A stretch of 64,000 nt of DNA from Acutalibacteraceae bacterium. GTDB taxonomy: Bacteria > Bacillota > Clostridia > Oscillospirales > Acutalibacteraceae. A program made the translations under genes and the position numbers. Under the pieces are notes generated by a model. That model had not been told where the DNA came from and searched no databases. It was given only the letters and a program-made list of their open reading frames with translations. The stretch covers positions 31,736 to 95,735 of the forward strand of contig JAZUJK010000007.1 in the NCBI GenBank assembly GCA_045642705.1. The letters are read 5' to 3'. Shown here one piece after another: positions 44,190 through 52,836 of this stretch (within the stretch, counting starts at the first letter, position 1; each line of letters opens with the position of its first letter).

Positions 44190-46088
44190 CTAAATGCAGA
44201 GTGCTGCACGTTTATTCTCGATAGCCTCAATCATAAGGTCGCCGAGCTTGTCGATATCTTTCTCAACTGTGAAGTTAGCCTCAACCCACTTCTTGGTTCC
44301 AGACTCTCCACGGAGAAGTTCGATAACTTCCTCGGAACCCTCACAGAAAGGCTCAACGCCGAGATATGTATCGATACCAGTTGCTACTACGTAGTTACCG
44401 ATTGATACAGCCTTCTCGGACATCCACTCAGGTGCACAACCTACAAGTGGAATCTGTGAGATATTAATACCCCAGTCATTTGCTATATCTGTTGCAAGGA
44501 TCATCATACGAGAGATATCTACGCATGAGCCCATGTGAAGAATTGGTGGGATACCAACGAGTTCACATACACGACGGAGACCCTCACCGCAGCAGTCCTT
44601 AGCTTCGAGGTCCATAAGACCAGCCTTGGCAGCTGCTTGAGCAGAACATCCAGATACGACAACAATGATGTCGTTCTCGATAAGTTTCTTCATAAGCTCG
44701 ATATGAGCATAGTCAGCACGAACCTTAGGGTTGTTACAACCTACCATTGCAACTGCGCCGCGGATAACACCTGACTTAACTGCATCAACGAGAGGCATCA
44801 TTGTGCCAGTCTCATCAACGTGGCTGTTTGTTACGCCGTCAAGGCACTTCTTGATAGCCTCAACTGAGTAACCTACACGAGCGTTGGTCTTGATGTCAGG
44901 AATATTTACAAGCTCAGGATTACGATTCTTAAAGTTTTCACAAGCAAGCTTTACGATTTCCTTAGCATTTTCTGCTGCTGTCTTGTCTGTGAACTCAATG
45001 AAATCAGAATCAGGCATACGAGCGATTTTGCTTGTTGTAATGAACTTGGTGTGGAAGCACTTGGAAAGAGGTCCGAGTGCTGGGAAGATACACTGTACGT
45101 CAACAACAATTGCTTCGCATGCACCAGTTAGTACAACGTTCTCCTGCTGGAGGAAGTTACCTGCCATTGGAATACCATGACGCATTGCAACTTCATTAGA
45201 TGTACAACATACACCAGCGATGTTGATGCCAGTCGCGCCGTTTGCCTTAGCGAGGGCGATCATCTCTGGGTCCTGTGCATAGAAAACAATCATCTCTGAG
45301 AGTGATGGGTCATGGCCATGAACGATAATATTAACCATGTCCTTCTCCATAACTCCGAGGTTTGCGTGAGTATCAATAGGCTTAGGTGTACCGAAAAGTA
45401 CATCTGAGAACTCTGTACCCATCATTGAACCGCCCCAGCCGTCTGACAAACCGGCGCGGAGTGAATGCTTGATAAGAGCTTCTGGAAGTGAAGAACATCC
45501 CATATGTGTCATATGGAGAGCCTGTGATACCTCGCGGTCAATTGCGCGTGGTAAAATGTCAGCCTCTTCCCAGAGTTTTCTTGTATGCTCTGGTGCACGC
45601 TCTGTGAAACGAAGATTTCCGAATGGCTTACCATATTCGAGAAGTCCTGTCTCTGCTACTTCATGTGCGATATCATAGATGTCGCGACCTTCTGTAGCGA
45701 TTCCCCACTCACCAGCAATCTTTATTAGCTTGTCTGGATCCTTTACTTGGTAAGCACCATCTTCTGATGTGCTATATAGAGTATGTGCGATTGAGCGGCC
45801 GTGGTCTGAATGAGTTGCAGAACCGCCAGCTGTAAATCTCAAGTAGTTACGAGCAACTATACCGTGAGCATCGCATCCGCATATTCCGCGCGGTGACTTA
45901 GGTGTTATACGGCAAGGTCCCATACTACAGATTCGGCAACAAATACCCTGCTCGCCAAACTTACAATGTGGAGTCTGGTTTTCTACACGTTGTTGCCAAG
46001 AGTCAGCTCCAACTTTCTTGCCTGTATCAAGCAAGGCCTGAGTTGCAGCTTCCATCTCTTCAATTGAAATAAGTTTATCCCAATTCAC
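44190..46088 (-). CDS. acsA: Anaerobic Ni-Fe carbon monoxide dehydrogenase catalytic subunit
   Basis: B/D-cluster motif HCKFGEQGICCRICSMGPCRI and downstream C-cluster Cys/His blocks (HGHD, GVCCT, GCNN, MGSCVD). I set the start at the GTG (46088), 7 nt after AGGAGG. The ORF track TTG (46106) contains that RBS. Confidence 0.9.
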   Translation of the reverse strand: MNWDKLISIEEMEAATQALLDTGKKVGADSWQQRVENQTPHCKFGEQGICCRICSMGPCRITPKSPRGICGCDAHGIVARNYLRFTAGGSATHSDHGRSIAHTLYSTSEDGAYQVKDPDKLIKIAGEWGIATEGRDIYDIAHEVAETGLLEYGKPFGNLRFTERAPEHTRKLWEEADILPRAIDREVSQALHMTHMGCSSLPEALIKHSLRAGLSDGWGGSMMGTEFSDVLFGTPKPIDTHANLGVMEKDMVNIIVHGHDPSLSEMIVFYAQDPEMIALAKANGATGINIAGVCCTSNEVAMRHGIPMAGNFLQQENVVLTGACEAIVVDVQCIFPALGPLSKCFHTKFITTSKIARMPDSDFIEFTDKTAAENAKEIVKLACENFKNRNPELVNIPDIKTNARVGYSVEAIKKCLDGVTNSHVDETGTMMPLVDAVKSGVIRGAVAMVGCNNPKVRADYAHIELMKKLIENDIIVVVSGCSAQAAAKAGLMDLEAKDCCGEGLRRVCELVGIPPILHMGSCVDISRMMILATDIANDWGINISQIPLVGCAPEWMSEKAVSIGNYVVATGIDTYLGVEPFCEGSEEVIELLRGESGTKKWVEANFTVEKDIDKLGDLMIEAIENKRAALCI

Positions 46089-46180
46089 TGATGTAACCTC
46101 CTGCAAAATAATTTTTTAAAATTAACCAATTAATATTTTATCAAATGTAATTAATAAAAGCCTTACCTCGTTTTGTGTAA

Positions 46181-46214
46181 AAATAAGAAAAGCGCGCTAC
46201 AAAGTGTAGCGCGC
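46181..46214 (-). terminator. Intrinsic terminator separating the DUF362 operon from the acs operon
   Basis: The stem GCGCGCTACA / TGTAGCGCGC (46192-46201 / 46205-46214) is followed on the minus strand by UUUUCUUAUUUUU. Confidence 0.7.
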
Positions 46215-46238
46215 TTTTATCAAGAGCAAAATATCAAA

Positions 46239-47942
46239 TTACTTATTCTGTCCGTGCTTGTAATTCATATTGATTGGAAGTGGGAGTGCACAGAGAAGGA
46301 TGTATGCCTGATTAATAATCTGACGGCACTTCTCAATTGGTCCCATCTTAGGAAGTGGATAAGGAACGAAATCCTTCTTCATATCAGCCTTAGAGAGCTT
46401 CTTTGGAATATCAAATACACGGTCATCATGTGAGATACGAGGAGCATCTACATATCTGCCACCAGCGATTGTCTTCATTCTCTTGAGAATCATCTTGATA
46501 AGACCAAAGCCGGTTGGAAGAAGGTTGCTATTGGATGGAGATACGATTGGGATAAGAGCGCCACCTGCCATGCAGATGAGTGATGCGTTCTTAGCTGGGT
46601 CGCAACAACCTGTTGCTTTCCAGAAGCAGATATCGCCAACCTGTGCAAGTGTGCAGTTACCCATACCAAACTTCTTGATAGGAAGAGCTGCGAGATCTTC
46701 CTTAGTATATGGCTTACCATTCTTATCGAACCAGTAACGAACACCATTGATTGGAATACCTGGGCCCTCGATTACACATACTTTAAGCTTCTCGCCCTTC
46801 ATTGACTTCTTGTGATTGAAGAAATCAAGACCGAACTTGATAGATGCAAGGCATCCGCCCATACAAGCCTGCTCAATTTCAAGAGCAAGTTCAGGTGTAA
46901 CAGCATTTGGATCTGTGATCTTAGGTGCACCTGGAAGTGTATGGCCAACTACTGCCATGAGGTTAGGGAATTCACGTGCTGTCTTTTCATCAAGAAGTGA
47001 TGAAATTGCAGGACGGAATTTTGTAACAGTTGTGTCACCAATAATCTCAACTGATGGATCACCAAAGTTACGCTTTGTAGCCTCAATCATGAGCTTATTC
47101 TTCTCTGGATCAAAGCCCATCATATATGTTGTAATTCTGTCTGCTTCAACAGAGTTGTTAGATACAACAATCTTGCCAACCTTAACTGGGTCAACTGGTG
47201 ATGGTGTATTACCCTCACCACCGATGATACCATCGATTACTGTGAGGTCAGGCTTGAAGAGATAGAGAAGGTCAGCGAGTTTCTTATCGATATCGTGTGT
47301 GTGATTACGCTCACGGAGGAAGTATGGAATTGTACCCATAGCATTCTTGAAGCCAAGTGTTACGCCTGTGTAGAGGTTAGTCTTCATCTTAGGTACGGAT
47401 ACATAGAATGCTTCGCCCTGTACAACCATGTCGAGAATCTCTGGAAGATAAACTTCCTTCATAACCTCAGCCTTAGGAAGAATGTAGCGAACAACTGGCT
47501 GTGTCTCGAGAGCTACGAGACCAGTGTTATAGTACTTAGCAATCTTGTCATATCCAGCAACTTTGAAAGCAACCTCTGTAGGATAAGGCTTACCAGCTGA
47601 CTCAACAATTGTGATATTGTCTGTGTACTTCTTGAGCCACGCGATAACTGCCTCAAATACACGTGGGTCAGTATTTTCTGGATAGTCCTTCTTGTCGAGG
47701 CCAGAATTGTGATAAACGAAAACGAGGTTTGGCTTTACAAGAACCTGCTTGTAATTCTTGAGATTCTTGGCAAAATCAGTCTTGGCATTGAGGTCATCGA
47801 GACCTGCCCATACTGTTTCACGAATAGCCTTGATGTCAGGACGATTAAAGTACTTCTTAGTACCATAATTCTTAGGAAGGCTACAGAAGTTATTCATGTA
47901 GTCCATTTTAGGTGCGTCCTTTATAAATACGTAACTTGCCAT
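46239..47942 (-). CDS. Long DUF362-domain protein with a Cys-rich C-terminal extension
   Basis: Residues ~60-330 show the DUF362 pattern: VLVKPNLV...ENTDPRVFEAVIAWL...IVESAG, PKMKTNLYTGVTLGFKNAMG, and VIDGIIGGEGNTPSPVDPV...VVSNNSVEADR. Residues ~330-567 are extra, with CMGGC and NC...C...GCC...C. Confidence 0.6.
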   Translation of the reverse strand: MASYVFIKDAPKMDYMNNFCSLPKNYGTKKYFNRPDIKAIRETVWAGLDDLNAKTDFAKNLKNYKQVLVKPNLVFVYHNSGLDKKDYPENTDPRVFEAVIAWLKKYTDNITIVESAGKPYPTEVAFKVAGYDKIAKYYNTGLVALETQPVVRYILPKAEVMKEVYLPEILDMVVQGEAFYVSVPKMKTNLYTGVTLGFKNAMGTIPYFLRERNHTHDIDKKLADLLYLFKPDLTVIDGIIGGEGNTPSPVDPVKVGKIVVSNNSVEADRITTYMMGFDPEKNKLMIEATKRNFGDPSVEIIGDTTVTKFRPAISSLLDEKTAREFPNLMAVVGHTLPGAPKITDPNAVTPELALEIEQACMGGCLASIKFGLDFFNHKKSMKGEKLKVCVIEGPGIPINGVRYWFDKNGKPYTKEDLAALPIKKFGMGNCTLAQVGDICFWKATGCCDPAKNASLICMAGGALIPIVSPSNSNLLPTGFGLIKMILKRMKTIAGGRYVDAPRISHDDRVFDIPKKLSKADMKKDFVPYPLPKMGPIEKCRQIINQAYILLCALPLPINMNYKHGQNK

Positions 47943-47956
47943 ACTAACTGCTCCTT

Positions 47957-48796
47957 TTATTTTTTTAGTAACTGGATATACTTTGGTATTGCTTGTTCAA
48001 AGTTTACCCCGTACCAATTATAATTTTCTTCTTTCAGTGTGCATCTCATAGACTCGAGAGTATATTCGACTGCAACAACCAGTGCATCAGCAACAGAGAG
48101 GTCGTTCATAAGAGCGCCTGTGAAACTGGATGCAAATATATCGCCAGTGCCATGGAAAGAAACTGGAAGTTTCTCGTTGTAGTACTCAAAGAATTCATCC
48201 TTTTCCTTGTCATAACACATAACGCCGAGTTTGCCGTCCTCAAAGGACATGCCGGTGAGGACAGAGTAGCGAGGGCCAAGCGCGCCAAGCTTCTTCAAAA
48301 TATTTTCTATGTAGTCGCGGCTATATCCCTCGCCTACATACTCCTCACCTAGCATAAAGCAAGCCTCGGTGAGGTTAGGTACAACAACATCCGCCTTGGC
48401 ACATACAGTTCCCATTGCCTTGGCAAATTCTGGTGTAAAGCCCTTGTAGAGACAGCCATTATCGGCCATTGCTGGATCTACAACTATGCATGTCTTATCG
48501 GACTTGAAATCATCAAAGAATTTCTTAACAAGGTCAATCTGCTCAAAAGAACCGAGATAACCTGTATATATTGCATCAAAGTTAAATTTTTCCTTTTTCC
48601 AATGCTCTGAAATAGGCGTAATTTCACCTGTCAAATCATGGAAGGTAAAGCCCTCCTTGAATGCTGTATGAGTTGATAAAACTGCTGTCGGCAAGATAGC
48701 AGCCTCCACGCCTGCTGCGGAAATAATTGGAAGTGCAACAGTTAGAGAACATTTACCAACGCATGATATGTCTTGAATACTAACGATTCTTTTCAT
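47957..48796 (-). CDS. pdxK: Pyridoxal/pyridoxine/pyridoxamine kinase (ribokinase superfamily)
   Basis: VSIQDISCVGKCSLTVALPIISAAGVE..., DAIYTGYLGS, VVDPAMADNG and the anion-hole motif FHGTGDIFAS. The start ATG overlaps the EamA stop (ATGA). The ORF track start is 48808. Confidence 0.8.
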   Translation of the reverse strand: MKRIVSIQDISCVGKCSLTVALPIISAAGVEAAILPTAVLSTHTAFKEGFTFHDLTGEITPISEHWKKEKFNFDAIYTGYLGSFEQIDLVKKFFDDFKSDKTCIVVDPAMADNGCLYKGFTPEFAKAMGTVCAKADVVVPNLTEACFMLGEEYVGEGYSRDYIENILKKLGALGPRYSVLTGMSFEDGKLGVMCYDKEKDEFFEYYNEKLPVSFHGTGDIFASSFTGALMNDLSVADALVVAVEYTLESMRCTLKEENYNWYGVNFEQAIPKYIQLLKK

Positions 48797-49722
48797 TGCT
48801 CGATCCATCTCTCTTCGATTTCTGTTTCTTTATTGTTTCCAGGTATCTGCGACAAAATCACAGCCCCGAACATTATAAGGCAACCGAGATATTCTCTTGG
48901 CTCCATTTTCTCATGTAAAATAATTGCTCCTGACAGTGTGGCAAATACAGACTCGAGACACATAAGCAGTGATACGAGAGTTGTATTTGCTCCCTTCTGG
49001 GCAAATACTTGCAATGTATACGCGACGCCGCTGGACATTATCGCGGTATATAGGAGCGGTCCTATGCTGCTCCTTATCATGTCCCAAGTTGGGACCTGAT
49101 GCGATATCAGCATGAATATCGCCGATACGACCGCCGCCACCGCGAACTGATAGCATGACAGCCGCGTCTCATCAACAGTCTCCACATAGTGTGCAACAAG
49201 AAGCATTTGAATGGTAAACATTATTGCACATCCCAGCAAATAGATGTCTGTTGTCTCAATCTTAAATCCATCCTTGATGCATAGCAGATATAGGCCTATT
49301 ACGGCAATGACGACTGCCGCCCACACACGTGGCGATTGCTTTCTTCCCAGAAAGATTGAGAAAAGTGGGATAAGTACAACATAGAGAGTGGTGATAAATC
49401 CTGACTTTCCTGCGCCAGATGCAATTCCAAGTTGTTGGAGATTCATAGCAAATCCGAGCGATATTCCACAGAGTGTTCCACCTACGAACAAATCGCGATT
49501 GGAATGCTTATAATCTGGCTGAAAATCTGGGTTCTTCTTACGCACTTTATCAAAGACAAGCACAATAATAGCCAGGAACCATATGGCAATAAAATTCCTG
49601 GACGCATTAAAAGCAAAGGCCGGCATTGAATCGGCGCCCATATACTGAGCAACAAATGCCGTACCCCATATTATCGCTGCTACCAGCGGGAAAAGTGTCT
49701 GTCTAAGTGATAAGTTATTCAT
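48793..49722 (-). CDS. EamA/DMT superfamily transporter
   Basis: 309 aa with 10 TM spans in two halves. It is the first gene after the leader terminator. Confidence 0.65.
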   Translation of the reverse strand: MNNLSLRQTLFPLVAAIIWGTAFVAQYMGADSMPAFAFNASRNFIAIWFLAIIVLVFDKVRKKNPDFQPDYKHSNRDLFVGGTLCGISLGFAMNLQQLGIASGAGKSGFITTLYVVLIPLFSIFLGRKQSPRVWAAVVIAVIGLYLLCIKDGFKIETTDIYLLGCAIMFTIQMLLVAHYVETVDETRLSCYQFAVAAVVSAIFMLISHQVPTWDMIRSSIGPLLYTAIMSSGVAYTLQVFAQKGANTTLVSLLMCLESVFATLSGAIILHEKMEPREYLGCLIMFGAVILSQIPGNNKETEIEERWIEQ

Positions 49723-49769
49723 GCATATTATTCTATATCAAAGGTTACATAAAATCAAATATATAATAT

Positions 49770-49801
49770 AAAAAAAATGGCGGTAGCTTTTCGCTACCGC
49801 C
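49770..49801 (-). terminator. Intrinsic terminator at the end of a ~245-nt leader or small transcript
   Basis: GGCGGUAGC-GAAAA-GCUACCGCC is followed by A-U8 on the minus strand, 48 nt upstream of the EamA start. Confidence 0.75.
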
Positions 49802-50014
49802 TCGTAATTACTTCATTGGAGTTTACCTCATCAATGTATTTTGATTAGAAGCTAAACTAGATGTCCTTTTGGACTCACCCTTTCATTATTATTTCAATGA
49901 AACATCTGGTGGATTTTCCTCATTTAAAATCATTTCAATCAACTCCGTATTAGTTAATCAAAACCTCTTTGTGCATTGGACTCAGTCCTTTCTATGAACT
50001 GTCTTTGTCTTTCT
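49802..50014 (-). promoter_or_regulatory. Unclassified leader RNA or sRNA upstream of eamA-pdxK-DUF362
   Basis: It lies between a consensus promoter and the terminator. It contains the small hairpins GGAC-UGA-GUCC, GUCC-AAAA-GGAC and UUUCAUU-N8-AAUGAAA. It also contains a 14-codon mini-ORF (49933-49889, MILNEENPPDVSLK) with GGAG 9 nt upstream. It matches no riboswitch class I can recognise. Confidence 0.3.
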
Positions 50015-50020
50015 GTCTTC

Positions 50021-50049
50021 ACTATATACCATTCAATCTGATATGTCAA
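50021..50049 (-). promoter_or_regulatory. Promoter of the leader/eamA-pdxK-DUF362 unit
   Basis: TTGACA (50049-50044), 17 nt, TATAGT (50026-50021), located 70 nt downstream of the Na/Pi transporter stop. Confidence 0.55.
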
Positions 50050-50118
50050 CAAAATTCACAAAAAATAGTTTGACAACTTTTAAACAATTGTGAAACTTGC
50101 ACAACGGTTTGTTTCACA

Positions 50119-51777
50119 TTATATTGTTTGTTCATTTACAGGAGGTGCATCTAGTCCGTTGTAATGATATCTAACCTTAGCAGCCTGCGCAATATTAAGA
50201 GCGTGGTCTGCTACACGTTCGAGATCGGTCAGTGTCTCAACGAAGATCATACCTGATGATGATTCACAGAGATTTTCATTTAGACGATCAAAGTGAGACT
50301 CCTTCATAACTTCTACAAGGTCATCTATTGCTGCCTCTTGTAGATAGATATTGTTATATGCCTCTTGAGATGGTTCGAAGAGATGTACACAAGCATCATC
50401 AAGGATATGTATAACCATAGTTATGAGCTCTTTCAGTTCAACCATTGCTGCAGGAGAGAACTTTTTATCCTCATCTATCATACGGTTGGCATAATCAATG
50501 AGGTTCTCAGCGTGGTCGCCGATACGCTCAAGGTCAGTCAAAACGTGATAGAGGTGACCAGCGTGCTTCGCATCCTTATCAGTCATCTTCATAGCAGATG
50601 CCTTAATAAGTGCATCTGTAATTGCCTTGTTTAGATAGTCAATCGTAAACTCGGTATCCATAAAGTCATCTTTATCAAATACCTTGTCTGAGAAGAATGT
50701 ATCTGTTGCGATCTTGAGGTTCTGTTTGGTGAGAGATTCCATACGACGAACCTCTGCATCAATTTGCTCAATAAGAATATCTGATGAAGCAAGACCTGCC
50801 TCTGTAATGTACTCAAGCTTTGCCTCATTATTCTCTTCATCATCGCCTCTTATAATCTTGTGTGAGAGCCATGCGATAAATGGAGCAATTGGGAATGTAA
50901 CAAGACACATAACAATACTGAATATAGTATTCGCATTAGCCATCTGACGGCTAGGATTGTCCGATGTCATTTGAAGAACATCAATGATTTGTGGGAAAAG
51001 TAAAACTGCAAGCGTAAATACAATTGCACCAATAACTTCAATTTCTACTACAATTGCTGCTACACGCTTGGCATCTTTACGTCCGCCTATTGATGCAAGA
51101 ATCGGTGCAATAGAAGCACCAATATTCATACCAAGCATTATAAATAGAGCTGGTCTAAAATCCATAGCTCCAGAAAGCAAGAGCATCTGGAGAATACCTA
51201 CTGATGCAGATACAGACTGCATGATTGTTGTGAATACAACTCCAAATAGTATTCCAAGCAATGGGTTAGATAATCCCTTTACCAAATCCAAGAACCACTC
51301 AAGTTCCCTAAGTGGCTCCATCGATGTTTTCATAAGACCGAGGCCCATAAATAATACGCCGAGGCTCGCAATAACATTTCCGAAATACTTAACCTTTTGG
51401 TTTTTAAAAAACATACTACATACAACGCCAAAGAAGATTAAGAGAGGTGCTTGTTCCGAAATGTTAAAAGCAATAAGTTGTCCAGTGATAGTTGTACCTA
51501 TCTTGGCGCCAATAATAATTCCAACGGATCGTTCCAGTTGCATAAGACCCGCGTTTACAAATCCAACTACCATTGCACAGATCGCATTGGAACTCTGGAT
51601 AAGCGCTGTAAGTCCTGCACCTACAAGTACTGCAACAAATCGTTTTTCAGTCAGTTTGGCAAGAATCTTTTTAAGATAGTTTCCTGCCATATCTTTTAGG
51701 TTTTCGCCCATTTCGTTCATACCAAAGATGAACATCGCGATACCGCCAAGAAGAGTTGCTACATTAGTAAAGGTCAT
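50119..51777 (-). CDS. Na+/phosphate cotransporter family protein with C-terminal PhoU-like domains
   Basis: The N-terminal half has the duplicated Na_Pi_cotrans pattern (LLGGIAMFIFGM..., QSSNA, QSVSA). The C-terminal ~220 aa contain two PhoU-like helical repeats (ERIGDHAEN, ERVADHALN). Confidence 0.8.
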   Translation of the reverse strand: MTFTNVATLLGGIAMFIFGMNEMGENLKDMAGNYLKKILAKLTEKRFVAVLVGAGLTALIQSSNAICAMVVGFVNAGLMQLERSVGIIIGAKIGTTITGQLIAFNISEQAPLLIFFGVVCSMFFKNQKVKYFGNVIASLGVLFMGLGLMKTSMEPLRELEWFLDLVKGLSNPLLGILFGVVFTTIMQSVSASVGILQMLLLSGAMDFRPALFIMLGMNIGASIAPILASIGGRKDAKRVAAIVVEIEVIGAIVFTLAVLLFPQIIDVLQMTSDNPSRQMANANTIFSIVMCLVTFPIAPFIAWLSHKIIRGDDEENNEAKLEYITEAGLASSDILIEQIDAEVRRMESLTKQNLKIATDTFFSDKVFDKDDFMDTEFTIDYLNKAITDALIKASAMKMTDKDAKHAGHLYHVLTDLERIGDHAENLIDYANRMIDEDKKFSPAAMVELKELITMVIHILDDACVHLFEPSQEAYNNIYLQEAAIDDLVEVMKESHFDRLNENLCESSSGMIFVETLTDLERVADHALNIAQAAKVRYHYNGLDAPPVNEQTI

Positions 51778-51788
51778 TTATATCCTCC

Positions 51789-52751
51789 TTAAATGGATAT
51801 CTCGTGTGCCATTCTGTATGTATTGGCATCAAGTTCTTTCGTCATAGCAAGTGCTACATCAATCGGATAGTCGACGATAGCGCCGGCGTTCTCTGCAACA
51901 ACACAGCTCTTATCGTCATATTTGAGGAGACGTGTTGCATAGTTGCCCATACGTGATGCAAGAACACGGTCCTTGACTGTTGGGGAACCGCCACGCTGAA
52001 CGTGGCCCAGTATTGTTGCACGTGATTCAACGCCGGTGCGCTCCTCAATAAGCTTAGCCATTTCTGTTGCGTCTCCGCAGCCCTCAGCTACGATTACAAC
52101 GAAATGGCGCTTGCCGGTAGTGATAGTGTGCTTCATTACGTCAACAACATCTTTTTCAAAATCATATTCGAACTCTGGGACAAGGATAATTGTTGCACCG
52201 ACAGCAATACCTGCGTAGAGTGCGATATAACCAGCATCACGGCCCATAACCTCAACTACTGAGCAACGGGAGTGTGACTCTGTTGTATCACGAATTTTAT
52301 CGACCATGTCCATAACAGTGTTCATTGCTGTGTCATAGCCGATAGTATTGTCTGTACATGCGATATCATTATCAATTGTTCCAGGGATTCCAATGCATGT
52401 AATGCCGTGGTGAGCGAGCGCCTGTGCGCCACGGAATGAACCGTCACCGCCGATTACGATGAGGCCCTCTATTCCAAGTGCATGGCACATCTCGGCAGCC
52501 TTAGCCTGTCCCTCAGGTGTCTTGAACGCCTCGGAACGTGCGCTGTGGAGAATAGTACCACCACGGTTGATGATATTGGATACTGAACGCAAATTCATCT
52601 CGACAACATCGCCGGTCATGAGTCCTTCATAACCATTGTTTATGCCGAGAATGTGCATGTCATTTTCAATTGCTGTACGAACTACCGCACGAATCGCAGC
52701 GTTCATTCCTGGCGCATCACCGCCACTTGTCAATACAGCTATAGTTTTCAT
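51789..52751 (-). CDS. pfkA: ATP-dependent 6-phosphofructokinase
   Basis: MKTIAVLTSGGDAPGMNAAIRAVVR, IGGDGS, PGTIDND and MGR are the canonical PfkA motifs. 320 aa. Confidence 0.9.
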   Translation of the reverse strand: MKTIAVLTSGGDAPGMNAAIRAVVRTAIENDMHILGINNGYEGLMTGDVVEMNLRSVSNIINRGGTILHSARSEAFKTPEGQAKAAEMCHALGIEGLIVIGGDGSFRGAQALAHHGITCIGIPGTIDNDIACTDNTIGYDTAMNTVMDMVDKIRDTTESHSRCSVVEVMGRDAGYIALYAGIAVGATIILVPEFEYDFEKDVVDVMKHTITTGKRHFVVIVAEGCGDATEMAKLIEERTGVESRATILGHVQRGGSPTVKDRVLASRMGNYATRLLKYDDKSCVVAENAGAIVDYPIDVALAMTKELDANTYRMAHEISI

Positions 52752-52836
52752 TTATTTTTCCCCCAAAAGGTTAATAAAATTCGAATTTTTTCCATTTTAC
52801 AGTATGGCATTAAATATACTCTAAGTCAATTATAAT

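Noticed and set aside
46107-46180. A promoter call for the CODH/ACS operon.
   Set aside because: The AT-rich 75-nt region offers several weak -35/-10 combinations (for example TTGATA...TTTTAA and TTACAT...), but none has consensus quality or convincing spacing. I prefer not to assign one without TSS data.
49802-50118. A housekeeping RNA (RNase P, SRP/4.5S, 6S or tmRNA) in the 400-nt gene-free gap.
   Set aside because: GAGGAAAAUCCACC superficially recalls the RNase P GAGGAAAGUCC motif. The transcript is too short, and it lacks the other universally conserved RNase P helices. It also lacks the SRP GGAA-tetraloop/AGCA domain IV motif and a tRNA-like CCA end. The position directly upstream of an operon favours a leader.
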